The position numbers were made by a program, and so were the translations under genes. Source: Mobula hypostoma (taxonomy: Eukaryota). From it: a stretch of DNA of 64,000 nucleotides. Every line of letters starts with the position of its first letter. Within the stretch, counting starts at the first letter, position 1. Below are positions 36,870 through 49,170 of this stretch, piece after piece. The DNA is taken from contig NC_086097.1 of NCBI RefSeq assembly GCF_963921235.1, positions 98,458,001-98,522,000 on the forward strand. Reading direction: 5' to 3'. Below the pieces are notes generated by a model that was not told the DNA's origin, searched no databases, and saw only the letters and a program-made list of their open reading frames with translations.

Positions 36870-38908
36870 GGGTCTTGTCAAATGTATTCAGGGACTTATC
36901 CTCAACCGGATAAGTATGCTGCAGTTGTTAATGACTTCATTAAAACCTGTGTGGATGAGTATACACTTGCGAAAACTTGCTGTACATTCCCAAAGCAAAA
37001 TCCTTGGATGAACCAGGACGTATGTTGTCTGCTGAAGGCTAGATATGTGGAATTTAAGTCTGGTGACCCAGGTCTGTACAAGAAAACGAGGAATGACTTG
37101 CGGAGGGCTATTTCAAGAGTGAAGAGACAATCCTGAACGAGGTTGGAGGCAACAATGGATGCATGTCAACTCTGGCAGGGTTTGCAAGGTATTACTTCTT
37201 ACAAAGTGATACCCAATAGCATGAATGGCAGCGATGTTTCACTACCAGATGAGCTCAACGCCTTCTATGTCTGATTTGAAAGGGAGAATGTAACTATAGC
37301 TGTGAAGTTCCCTATTGCACCTGGTGACCCTGTGATCTCTGTCTTGGCCGATGTTAGGCTGTTTTTAAGGAGGGTGAATCCCTTGCAAGGTGGCAGGCCC
37401 TGATGGAGTACCTGGTCAGGCTCTTGAAAGCTTATACCAACCAACTGACGGGAGTATTCAAGGACATTTTCAACTTCTCACTGCTATGGTTAGAAGTTCC
37501 CACCTGCTCAGGAAGGCAACAGTTATACCTGTGCCTAAGAAGAGTAGTATGAGCTGCCTTAATGATTATTGCTTTGAAAGGTTGGTCATGGCTAGAATGG
37601 ACTCCTGCCTCAGTGAGGACCTGAACCCACTGTAATTTGCCTACTGCCAAAATAGGTCTACAGCAGATGCAATCTTAATGGCTCTTCATAGGGCCTTGGA
37701 TCACCTGGATAATACAGAGACCTATGTCAGGATGTTGTTTGTTAACTTTAGCTCAGCATTTAACACAATTATTCCTACAGTCCTGTCGATAAGCTACAAA
37801 ACCAGGACCTCAGGACCTCTGTACCTCCCTTTGCAATTGGATCTTTGACTCCTTAACCGGAAGACCACAATCTTGGTGCGGATTTGTGACAATATCTCCT
37901 CCTCGCTGACGATCAACACTGGAATACCTCAAGGATGTGTTCTAAACCCACTGCTATACTCCCTCTACACCCATGACTGTGTGGCTATGCACAGCTCAAA
38001 TACCATTGATAAATTTGCTGATGATGTAAGCATTGTTGGTAGAAAATCAGATGAAGATGAGAGGATGTAGAGGAGTAATTTATACCAGCTGGTTGAGTGG
38101 TGTTGCAGCAAAAAGCCTTGCACTCAATGTCAGTAAGATGAAAAAGTTGATTGTGGACTTCAGGAAGGGTAAGACAAGGGAACACAAACCGATCCTCCTA
38201 GAGGGATCAGAAGTGGAGGGAGTGAGCAATTTCAGATTCCTGGGTGTCAAGATCTGAGGATCTAGCCTGGTTCCAACAGGTTGATACAGCTATAAAGAAG
38301 GCAAAACAGCGGCTATATTTCATCTGGAGCTTGAAGAGATTTGGCTTGTCAACTAAAACACTCAAACTTCTATAGATGTATCATGGAGAGCATTCTGCCA
38401 GACTGCATCACTGTCTGCTTTGGGGGTGTGGGGCAAGGTTGCTACTGCACAGGACCGAAAAAAAGCTACAGAAAGTTGTAAAATTAGTCAGCTCCATCTT
38501 GGGTACTAGCCTCCGTAGTACCCAAGACAACTTCAAGGAGGAGTGCCTCAAAGATAACAGCCATTATTAAGGACCCCCATAACCCAGGGCATGCCCTCTT
38601 CTCATTGTGACCGTCAAGAAGGAGGTGCAGAAGCCTGAAGGCACACACTCAATGATTCAGGAACAGCTTCTTCCCCCTCTGCTATACAATTCCTAAATGG
38701 ACATTGAATCCAAGAACACTGCCTCACTTTCTGTATATGTGTGTATATATTTCTTGTGTGTTTGCACTGTTTTTAATCTATTCAATGTATAAATATACTT
38801 TAATTTATCTTTATTTTCTTTCTATATTATGCATTGCATTGTATGCTGCTGCTGAGTTAACAAATTTCATGACACATGCCAATGATAGTAAACGTGATTC
38901 TAACTCTG
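36870..38908 (+). mobile_element. Rex1/Babar-like LINE (RT and 3' UTR), degraded
   Basis: FPKQNPWM, AGPDGVP, CFERLVMAR, TGIPQGCVLNPLLYSLYTHDC...KFADD; gattct-type tail. Confidence 0.85.
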
Positions 38909-39897
38909 TGCTTACTGAGACTGACATAAGTTGCAGTATTTTAATGTGGTATGTATGTCAAGAGCTTGAAATTTAGTAGTTAATGACATAATTGAAAGTC
39001 ATACTGAAGGTATTGATAAGCAAGTTATTAGTGGATAAGTGTATCCAAAAATAAAAACCAGGGTTGATTGAATTGCTCTGTTTTTAAAGATTTCCTGCAT
39101 TTGGCATTTGAACATGTTGAACTGCATAAAAGGAGCCTGTGCAGGAGACGGTTCCTGTGGCTTTGTACTAAGCCAATCACCAACCTCGTCAAAGGCTATT
39201 GGCTGCACAAAACCTGCCCAATATCAGATGTTTCAATTCTTCAGCAGGCTGCATTCCAAGGTTAGAACTGCCTGCTGAAGGATTCACTGGTGCAAAGATA
39301 TAGGGAAGGAGCAGATTTAAAATTTAAATCCCGTCCCCTCTGCACACTGATGTACTGCAAACCTCTGGTCATGTATGTTGAGAAGAAATTGATGTAAAGC
39401 TGAATCTTGAAAATAAGTAGAAGGATCTTGTGCTGTTATGACAACAAGATGATAAAGTATAGCATGGTTGTAAATTTTGTGAATAATGTTTTTTTTCTTG
39501 GAAAGAAAAACGTGAGGAGCTGTGGTAAAGTTATTTTATTGTTCCCCCAAATGCCCACTGAACATAGCAGACGATCAAGTGTTCAATAGTAAAGCCAATT
39601 AAGTGCTTCGTGTCATTGACATTGAAAATGAAATAAAACAAATGTATGATCTTATTCCTTCAGATTGTTCATAATGGTAGAGTTGTTTTTTTTTGAAGAT
39701 TTCCATTTTTTTTTTCTAATTCTTGTCTTTTTTCTTTGCTAATTTCACTTTCTTAGACTTGGCCTGTTTTAGGAAGGCTTCTTCAACATGATAGGGTGCG
39801 ACTCTGTTCATGCAGATCCTGAAATGAATTGACTCGCTTTGCAAACCCTTGAACTGTAACTGAGCAGCTATTTTCATTCACTGCTGATCATTGTGTT

Positions 39898-40110
39898 GGG
39901 CACGTGGCCAAGTGGTTAAGGTGTTCATCTAGTTACCTCAAGGTCGCTAATTCGACCCTCAGCTGTGGCAGCGTGTTTGTGCCCTTGAGCAAGGCACTTA
40001 ATCACACATTGCTCTAGTCTGCGAGGAGTGGCGCCCCACACAGGCTTCCAATCTGCGCCTTGTAAGGCATGAAAATGCCCTACGCAGGCCTCTCATGGCC
40101 TGAGTCAACG
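39898..40110 (+). mobile_element. tRNA-derived SINE
   Basis: A-box TGGCCAAGTGG, B-box-like ATTCGACCC, then the conserved SINE body gtgcccttgagcaaggcacttaa. Confidence 0.72.
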
Positions 40111-40349
40111 TTCCCCCCCCCCCCCCGCTGACCATTAAATCTGGGTCACTGTGGATTGAGATTGAAAATAACCGAAATGTTAAATGTATTGAGATGAGCA
40201 CTTTGCAGCATTTTCATGAGCAATGAAGTTGCCTCAGACATAGGCATGTTTGATGCCAAATGTAAAGATCATTCGTCATGAAATTGAAGCTGCATTGTAT
40301 CAACAGGAGTATTTTCTTGTAAATCTAATCTCTTATTTGTGTAATTCAG

Positions 40350-40575
40350 GTGACCGCAATCCCACGTGATATCTACTGCTGTGATAGAAGTGCAGAGTAT
40401 GAGCGTCGACTGATGAGAGAAGGAGGCCAACTCACAGCCAAACAGTGCCTCCTGTATGGAACCCCACAACTAGCACTTAACTGGAAAAATCGGCTATCCT
40501 CTTTTTTCCCTGAAGATCCTGGTGGTTTGTTAGCTGTTCAGTTCAGACATGGCTGGTCCTTTATTAGGATCCCTG
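40350..40575 (+). CDS. INO80: INO80 exon (last in window): VTAIPRDIYCCDRSAEYERRLMREGG...RHGWSFIRIP(G)
   Basis: ttcag acceptor, CTG|gtaagt donor; 226 nt; DRSAEYER and GWSFIRIP recognised as INO80. Confidence 0.95.
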
Positions 40576-40866
40576 GTAAGTTGATTGAAGTTTCTTTGTA
40601 CAATTTTTGGATGACACATGTTAATTGAAGTTGCTGTATTTGAAGAATTTCGGGTTGAACTCTAGGTTTTTAAGCCAAAAAATGTAAATGCAGTAAAGGT
40701 GGAATTTGTTTATTCGATTCTGGCCACCTGTAAATTGGTTTCCTTTCCCTCCATACTAGCTAAATTTCAATAACTGGTTACAGTTCTATGGAAGCCTAAT
40801 CACCCCTTTTACCCTCACGTAGTGTATGTCACATGAAAATCATGTGAGTTTTTACCAATATTTGTA

Positions 40867-42405
40867 CAATCCCCTTTTCCAAAATGCAATAAAAACAAAA
40901 ATCTGTAATATGTTAATTCACGTGAACCTTTATTTAACTGACAAAAGTACAAAGAAAAGATTTTCAATAGTTTTACTGACCAACTCTATTGTATTTTGTA
41001 AACATACACAAATTTAGAATTTGACTGCAACACACTCAACAAAAGTTGGGACAGAGTTAAAATAAGATTGAAAAGTGCACAGAATATTCAAGTAACACTG
41101 GTTTGGAAGACTTCACATTAAGCAGGCTAATTGGTAGCAGGTGAGGTATCATGACTGGGTATAAAAGTAGCGTCCATCAAAGGCTCAGTCTTTGCACGCA
41201 AGGATGGGTTGTGGCTCACCCCTTTGTGCCAAAATTCGTGAGAGAATTATTAGTCAGTTCAAAAGGAACATTTCTCAATGCAAGATTGCAGAGAATTTAG
41301 GTCTTTCAACATCTACAGTACATAATATTGTGAAAAGATTCAGAGAATTCAGAGACATCTCAGTGCGTAAAGGGCAAGGTTGGAAACCGCTGTTGAATGC
41401 GCGTGATCTTCGAGCCCTCAGGCGGCACTGCCTAAGAAACCTTCATGCTACTGTGACAATTATAGCCACCTGGGCTCGGGAGTACTTCGGAAAACCATTG
41501 ACACTCAACACAGTCCATCGCTGCATCCAGAAATGCAACTTGAAACTGTATTACGCAAGGAGGAAGCCATACATCAACTCTATGCAGAAACGCTGGCAAG
41601 TTCTCTGGGCCCGAGCTCACCTCAGATGGACCGAAAGACTGTGGAACCGTGTGCTGTGGTCAGATGAGTCCACATTTCAGCTAGTTTTTGGAAAAAACGG
41701 GCGTCGAGTTCTCCGTGCCAAAGATGAAAACGACCATCCAGATTGTTATCAGCGAAAGGTGCAAAAGCCAGCATCTGTGATGGTATGGGGATGCATCAGT
41801 GCCCACGGCATGGGTGAGTTGCATGTATGTGAAGGTACCATTGACTCTGAGGCGTATATTAGGATTTTAGAGAGACATATGTTGCCATCAAGGCAACGTT
41901 TCTTCCCGGGACGTCCATGCTTATTTCAGCAGGACAATGCCAGACCACATTCTGCATGGGCTTCAACAGTGTGGCTTTGTAGACACAGAGTGCGTGTGCT
42001 TGTCTGGCCTGCTGCCAGTCCAGATCTATCAGACAATGGAGACCACAGACTGTTGAGCAGCTGAAGTCTTATATCAAGCAAGAATGGACAAAATTACCAA
42101 TTGCAAATCTACTAGAATTAGTATCCTCAGTTCCAAAATGATTAAAAAGTGTTATTAAAAGGAAAGGTGATGTAACACAATGGTAAACACGCCTCTGTCC
42201 CAACTTTTGTGAGTGTGTTGCAGCCATCAAATTCTAAATTTGTATATGTTTACAAAATACAATTAAGTTGGTCCGTAAAACTATTGAAAATCTTTTCTTT
42301 GTATTTTTGTCAGTTAAATAAAGGTTCACGTGAATTAACATATCACAGATTTTTGTTTTTATTGCATTTTGGAAAATATCCCAACTTTTCTGGAAATGGG
42401 GTTTG
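40867..42405 (+). mobile_element. Tc1 DNA transposon with TIRs of about 200 bp
   Basis: TA at 40865-40866 and 42406-42407; long inverted repeats; internal transposase ORF. Confidence 0.94.
41204..42064 (+). pseudogene. Tc1 transposase; a deletion after SPDLS removes the catalytic Glu of DD34E
   Basis: HTH region, WSDES, VMVWGC, FQQDNARPH, WPAASPDLS, then a frameshift with no PIENxW. Confidence 0.88.
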
Positions 42406-42794
42406 TAAAAATGGGTTGTAAAAAGCTTAGACACTTTTAACCTCTATATCCATCCATAATATTGCTGATATACTAATTTCCTGTTATAAGTGAGTGCTCT
42501 ATATATCTTATGTCAGTGGCCCCCAGGTGGAGAAAAGATAGTGCTTTCATTGAGAAGTGAAATTAGTCTGTGATACTACAAGCCTGCTTAGGTTAGTGCA
42601 TTTGATTCTTCTGGAGTCATGCCTGTATTGACAAAGTGCATTAATGCTAAAGGTCTCCTGGTTCTGTAGGGGAAAAGCAGCTGAAGAGCCAATCATACGT
42701 CTGAAATACGTCAAATATCCTGCTGAATGAACAAAGTGCTATGTATTTGCTGCCTGTAATATTACCCAAAGAAAGGGTCTACTCCCTTCCTTTC

Positions 42795-42831
42795 CAGTCC
42801 TGATGAAGGTCTCGACCTGAAACGTCAACTG
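42795..42831 (+). ncRNA. Minimal type I hammerhead ribozyme motif in a Penelope-like terminus
   Basis: CAGTC-CTGATGA-AGGTC-tc-GACCT-GAAAC-GTC-AACTG. Confidence 0.7.
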
Positions 42832-43906
42832 TTTGTTCATTTCCGTAGATGCTCCTCCAGTATTTTCTGTGTGTTGCTCTGGATTTCCAACATCTCCAGA
42901 ATTTCTTGTGCTTGTATATTACCCAATTGATTGGCATGCTCACACTGCCATGTAACTATTGTCTGACGAAAACAGTTTACTCCAGAGCAATAGTACAAAA
43001 TACAGTACCAGCATTCATACACAGAACAAGACATAGCACATATAAGATGTGAGTAGAATAGTCTCACAAAAAAATATAGTCCAAGACCCTGAGTCCAAGA
43101 ATGTTGCAGCAGTCTGTAGTCAAACACAATACGGCTTGTCTTCTGCCAAGCGAACACCGGGGGCAGCACAGACTCAAGCTTGGATGCCGCGCCATACCAA
43201 CTCAATACTTTGGTGGGACTCACCAACTCCAAATCTTGTCTTCTGGGCGGCTGTAAACAGGCCACACTGCAGTTTGACGCCTAGTCCTCACAGCTTCCCC
43301 ACTGACCGCCCCACCATCCGCCAATAAGTCAGTGACTCGGACTTGCAGCATTTCACATTAACAATGCCCAACAGGGTCTTGTGATCACAAGAAAAGCGAC
43401 TAAGGTAATTTGTTGATAGATTGCACACCACCTTTGTGTGTGGACTTCACCGAATCCTCTTTGACCCAAGCAGCAGTGTGATCCGCACAAAGTCCAGTGC
43501 CAACAAGCAACTCATTGATGGGGTAGGTGTACAGTACTTTAAGTTCTTAATATACAGTAGGGTCTTGAGCTCATTAAAAAAGTATGTTTAAGATTGGTTG
43601 GCCCCTTAGCTGCTGTGTCTGAGTGCATTGCCATTTTATCGGAAGCAAACTTGCCTGCTAGATAAATTAATCAGTTGAAGGATGAGCAGACAGTTCGCAA
43701 AATATTATCTTAATGATTGACAGGTGTCAGAAACACTGTCCCTCAAAGACTCATGAAGGAAGAAACCTTGACATTTACAAAGTATTTGTGTGAACACTTG
43801 AGCTGCGAGTTACAGGGCTGTAGACTTGGCTTGAATATATGAGATAGTTCGAATGACCACCTCCTGGCCATCGATTTATGTGTTATTAATTGCAGTGCGT
43901 CATATA

Positions 43907-46510
43907 CAGTTACAAGAAAAAAAAATTGTGAACCCTTTGCAATTACCTGGTGTTCTGCATTAATTACTCATAAAATGTTATCTTTGCATAAGTCACAATA
44001 ATAGACAAACACGATCTGCCTAAACTAATAACACGCAGATTGTACTTCTCGTCAATACTCAGTATACCATTCAATGAGATGAGATTGGAGGTGTGGGTAG
44101 TAGAGGGGCCCTGCCCTATAAAAAATGACCCACAAAGTCGGATTACTGACAGCATATTCTTAAGAAAGGTCTGTTTATGTGCACCATGCCTTGATCAAAA
44201 TGACTTTTAGAGTACCTTCAAAAAACTGTAGCAATGTGTGATGCTGGAAAAGGCTATAAAAGCATTTCTGAAGACCTGAGTGTTCGTCAGTCCACAGTAA
44301 GAGAAATTGTATGCAAATGGAGTAAATTCATTACTGTTGCTACTCTCCCTAGGAGTGAGAGTTAATCAAAGATCACACCAAGAGCACAACGTGGAATGCT
44401 GAAGGAGGTGAAAAAGAACCCAAGGGTAACAGCAAAAGATCTGCGGAAATCTCTGGAACTTGCTAAATTTTCTATTAATGTGTCCACTATCAGGAAAGCA
44501 ATGAACAAGAATGGTGTTTATGGACAAACCCATCGGGAGAAACCATTGCTTTCCAAAAAAAAAATTGCTGTCCATCTCAAGCTTGCAAAAGACCACTCGG
44601 ATGTTCCACAACACTTCTGGGACAGTGTTCTGTGGATAAATAAGATAAAGGGTGAACTTTTTGGCAGAAATAGATGCCACTATGTTTGTAAGAAAAAGGA
44701 CACTGCACAGCAACACCAAAACCTCATCCCAATTGTGAAGCATGGTAGAAGGAGCATGATGGGTTGGGGCTGCTTTGCTGCCTCAGGGCCTAGACAGCTT
44801 GCAATTGTTGACATAGACATAGACATAGAATAGTACAGCACAGTACAGGCCCTTCAGCCCACATTGTTGTGCCGACCCCTCAAACCCTGCCTCCCATATA
44901 ATCCCCACCTTAAATTCCTCCATATACTGTCTAGTAGTCTCTTAAATTGCACTAGTGTATCTGCCTCCACCACTGACTCAGGCAGTGTATTCCACGCACC
45001 AACCACTCTGAGTAAAAAACCTTTCTCTAATAACCCCCTTGAACTTCCCACCCCTTACCTTAAAGCCATGTCCTCTTGTATTGAGCAGTGGTGCCCTGGG
45101 GAAGAGGTGCTGGCTATCCAATCTATCTATTCCTCTTAATATCTTGCATAACTCTATCATGTCTCCTCTCATTCTCCTTCTCTCCAAAGAGTAAACCCCT
45201 AGCTCCCTTAATCTCTGATCATAATCCATAATCCATCCAGGCAGCATCCTGCTAAATCTCCTCTGTACCCTTTCCAATGCTTCCTCATCCTTCCTATAGT
45301 GAGATGACCAGAACTGGACACAGTACTCCAAGTGTGGCCTAACCAGAGTTTTACAGAGCTGCATCATTACATCGCGACTCTCAAACTCTATCCCTCGACT
45401 TATGAAAGCTAATACCCCATAAGCTTTCTTAACTACCCTATCTACCTGTGAGGCAACTTTCAGAGATCTGTGGATGTGTACCCCCAGATCCCTCTGCTCC
45501 TCCATACTACCAAGTATCCTGCCATTTCCTTTGTACTCTGCCTTGGAGTTTGTCCTTCCAAAGTGTACCACCTCACACTTCTCCGGGTTGAACTCTCATC
45601 TGCCACTTCTCAGCCCACTTCTGCAACCTATCAATGTCTCTCTGCAATCTTTGACAATCCTCTACACTATCTACAACACCACCAACCTTTGTGTCGTCTG
45701 CAAACTTGCCAACCCACCCTTCTATCCCCGCATCCAGGTCGTTAATAAAAATCACGAAAAAGTAGAGGTCCCAGAACCAATCCTTGTGGGACACCACTAG
45801 TCACAACCCTCCAATCCGGATGTACTCTCTCCAGCACGACCCTCTGCCTTCTTCAGGCAAGCCAATTCTGAATCCACCTGCAAGAGATCTCTAAAATTGA
45901 CCACATGTAGGGAACAATGAATTCAAAATTTTATTTAGACATTTTTCAAGAGAATGTCAGGGTCCATCACCTGAAGCTCAATGCAAGTTGGATGATGCAA
46001 CAAGACAGTGATCTAAAAACACAAGAGTAAATCAACAACAAAATGGATTAAGAACAAGGAAGTGTGAGTGACCAAATCAGAGGCTAGACCTGAACCCAAT
46101 GGAGATGCTGTGGCATGACCTGAAGAGGGCTGTTCATGCAGAGTATCCATGAAATATTGATGAACTGAAACAGTTTTGTATGGAGGAATGGTCTAAAATT
46201 GTTTTGCGCCATTGTGCAAGTCTAAGCAGCAACAACTGGAAATGTTTGGTGGAGGTTATTGCTGTTAAAGGAGGTTCTATCAGTTACGAAATACAAGGGT
46301 TCACATACATTTGCCAGCCTGGCCTGTGAATGATTACACAATGTGATCAATAAAGACACGAAAAGTTCAATTGTTTGTGTGTTGTTAGTTTAGGCAGATT
46401 GTGTTTGTCTATTATTGTGACCAAGATGAAGATCAGACTACATTTTATGAGAAATTAATATAGAAAACCAGGTAATTGCAAATGGGTTAACAAACTTTTT
46501 CTTGCAGCTG
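43907..46510 (+). mobile_element. Second Tc1 transposon (different family), degraded and split by a CR1
   Basis: TA|CAGTTACAAGAAAA ... TTTTCTTGCAGCTG|TA; KHGRRSMMGWGCFAASG before the insertion, and QQD...PDLNPMEMLW after it. Confidence 0.9.
44811..45880 (-). mobile_element. 5'-truncated CR1 LINE nested in the Tc1
   Basis: FADDTKVGG, LVRPHLEYCVQFWS; (CTATGT)n tail at 44811-44828. Confidence 0.92.
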
Positions 46511-47164
46511 TATGCAGTGCAAGTCATTTGTGCATCTCTGAATTTCCTACAGGTTGATCAGAACACTGCTGTCAAATATCTTATAGGTTTGATTGCCACA
46601 CTGTTATCCTGCGAATTGATTTTGATTTTTGTCAGCTTTCTAGGGTGATGCACATAGTGTAAAAAATTGTAAACACTGGATCTGCAGTATAATTTCAGAA
46701 TACTAATAATACTTGGTCAGGTGTTATCTATGGGGAGAGACAGAGTTGATATTTATTTGCCATTTGTCATGCCCTATGCTACTTTAACAGCTTTCATGTC
46801 CTTGGCCAATAAGCTCACTTACTTTGGAAGAGCATTCAAGAAACTCTATCTACACTAGAGTAATTTGAGGTACTTGTTTGCACAGAAGTCCAGTTTGTCA
46901 TCTTCAGCTGCCACTCATTCACCTGGCTGAAATCATTCTGATGCTGAATTTTTTGCCTTAAATCTTTATTAGCTTCATCCACATTTCAGGTTTATCAGTG
47001 GGAACCCATATGAATCCAATCTCTGTTGAACTTTGCTTGTTTGAATCTTATTTGGCTCCCATCACCTCATTGCTAATTTTCACCTTGCTGTCACTTCTGC
47101 ATGGTTCACTTGGCTCTTTTACTTTTCTCAACTCAACATTCTCCATTTCGGGGGATTAGTCAGA

Positions 47165-47580
47165 TCCATCTTGGATACCAGTCTCTGTTGTACCTCAGAC
47201 ACCTTCAAGGAGTGGCACCTCAGAAAGCTAATGTCCATTGTTAAGGACCCTATTACCCACGTCATGCCTTCTTCCCATTATTACCGTCAGAAAGGAGGTA
47301 CAGAAGCCTGAAGGCACACAACAATATAGGAACAGCTTCTTCCCCTCTGCCATCCAATTTCTGAATGGATATTGAACCCATGAACACCACCTCACTTCTT
47401 TTAATTTATATTATTTTTGTTTCTGCACTATTTTTAATCTGTTCAATATAGATATATGTATATATACTTTTATTTATTTGTTCTTTTCTTTCTTTCTATG
47501 TTATCATTTATTGCATTGAACTGCTGCTGCTAAGTTAACAAATTTCACAACACATGTCGATGATAATAAATCTGATTCTG
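47165..47580 (+). mobile_element. Rex1/Babar-like 3' fragment
   Basis: Homologous to about 38495-38908. Confidence 0.75.
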
Positions 47581-47619
47581 AAGTTGGTGACCAAAATTCA
47601 TAACAAACCCATAATCCCA

Positions 47620-49170
47620 CAGCTGGTTTAATTACACTCAGCTCATCCTGCTTCCTGCAATGATTCTGTTTTGTTCTTCTGATTTCTGCACCTCCATTGC
47701 ATCTGTCCCTGCCACCATCTACAAGTGCCTCTCATGCATTTTTTTTTACTCCAAACTAGTTCCTTCACAGTTGAGCAGACTGTCCATTCCATCTATTCCC
47801 AATGGCCACTCATTTCAATTTGAATTCCTACTGCAACGAGGAGGCCACACTCAGATTGGAGGAGTGACATGTTGTATTCCATCTGGGTAGCCTCCAATAT
47901 GATGGCAAGAACACAATTTTATTTTTATTTTTTCCTAACTTCCAGTGAGATTCCCCCCCACCTCCTTTCTTTTTCCATTCCCCATTATGATTCCGTCTCA
48001 CACTTTCTTCTCACCTGCTCATCACCTCCCTCTGTGCCTCTCCGTCTTTCCTTTCTTCCCTGGTGCACTGTCCCCTTCTGAGATTCCTTCTTCAGCCCTT
48101 TTCTTCTTCCACCTATCACCTCCAAGCTTACTACACCCCTCCCCCCACCTGTCCATCTTCTCCTTCAACAATTACCTGTCAGCTATACTCTTTTTTTTTC
48201 CATCCCTCCCACTGCTGCCTTATTCTGTCTTCTGCCCTCCCCCCACCTTATTTTCCAGTCCTGATAAAGGGTCATGGCCTGAAAGGTCAACTATTTATTC
48301 TCACCCATAGATGCCGTCTGGCTTGCTGAGTTTCTCTAACTTCTTGTGCGTATTCCATTATCTGAATTTTTGGTCTCACGATTTCTAATCAGAATTTGGT
48401 TCTTTTCTACTTTATGGCTCTCCACACAACACAGGTTGCCTTCCTATAATTTTCAGAATCTCTAAAGTGATGCCACTATCTCCCAACACATATTCCCCCT
48501 CCCATTTCTACACTGCAAGGATACTGTATACCTCCCGACTTGTTCTTCCGTCTCCACCAATACTCATTCACCTTCTCATGCTGTTTCCCTGTGCAGCAGC
48601 AGTTAATGCAGTTGCTTGTTACTTCCTTCCCATTTGTTGTGCAGGTACTCAAATGCATCGTTTTAGGTGAAGCAGTGATTGATTTTTACTGTTTCCAATT
48701 AAGTATATTTCCATTAGTCCTCTGCACAGGAGAAACTGAACAGATTAGCTGACTGATTTGCAGACCAACTCTACTCAATTCACAATGGTGATCCTGAGTT
48801 CAGTTTTATTGCTCATTAAATTTTCATCTCACTGGCATTCAAGCTCTTGCCTTTGGCTTTTGCCTCTATTCCAATGATGCTGAAAGGAAGCTTGAAGAAC
48901 AATATCTTACTGCCCATTTGGCACATTAGGCTTAAAAGTTCATCAGTAAATGTTTCATTTTGCTGAATACAGTTCTATAGTCTTGTAATTCATATTTCCA
49001 GCAGAAGTTTCTTGTTCTATTATCTTTTCCCTAGCTTTCTCATCCTCTTATCAGCCACTTGTGTCATTCATTCTCTCTGAGGGTTTGCACCTTTCAGGCA
49101 CAGATTTTCTCTTGTTCTCCTTGCCTCGTTTAATTTCCAGTATTTCCCATTTCTGACAATAGCTCATTGA
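47620..49170 (+). mobile_element. Cluster of degraded Penelope-like fragments
   Basis: gattggaggag...tattccatctgggtagcctccaa, a pyrimidine-rich tract, a degenerate hammerhead at 48256-48293, and a GIY-YIG-like caggagaaactgaa. Confidence 0.6.

Noticed and set aside
39898..39970. Possible tRNA gene
   Set aside because: The cloverleaf and B-box are degenerate, and the sequence continues into a SINE body
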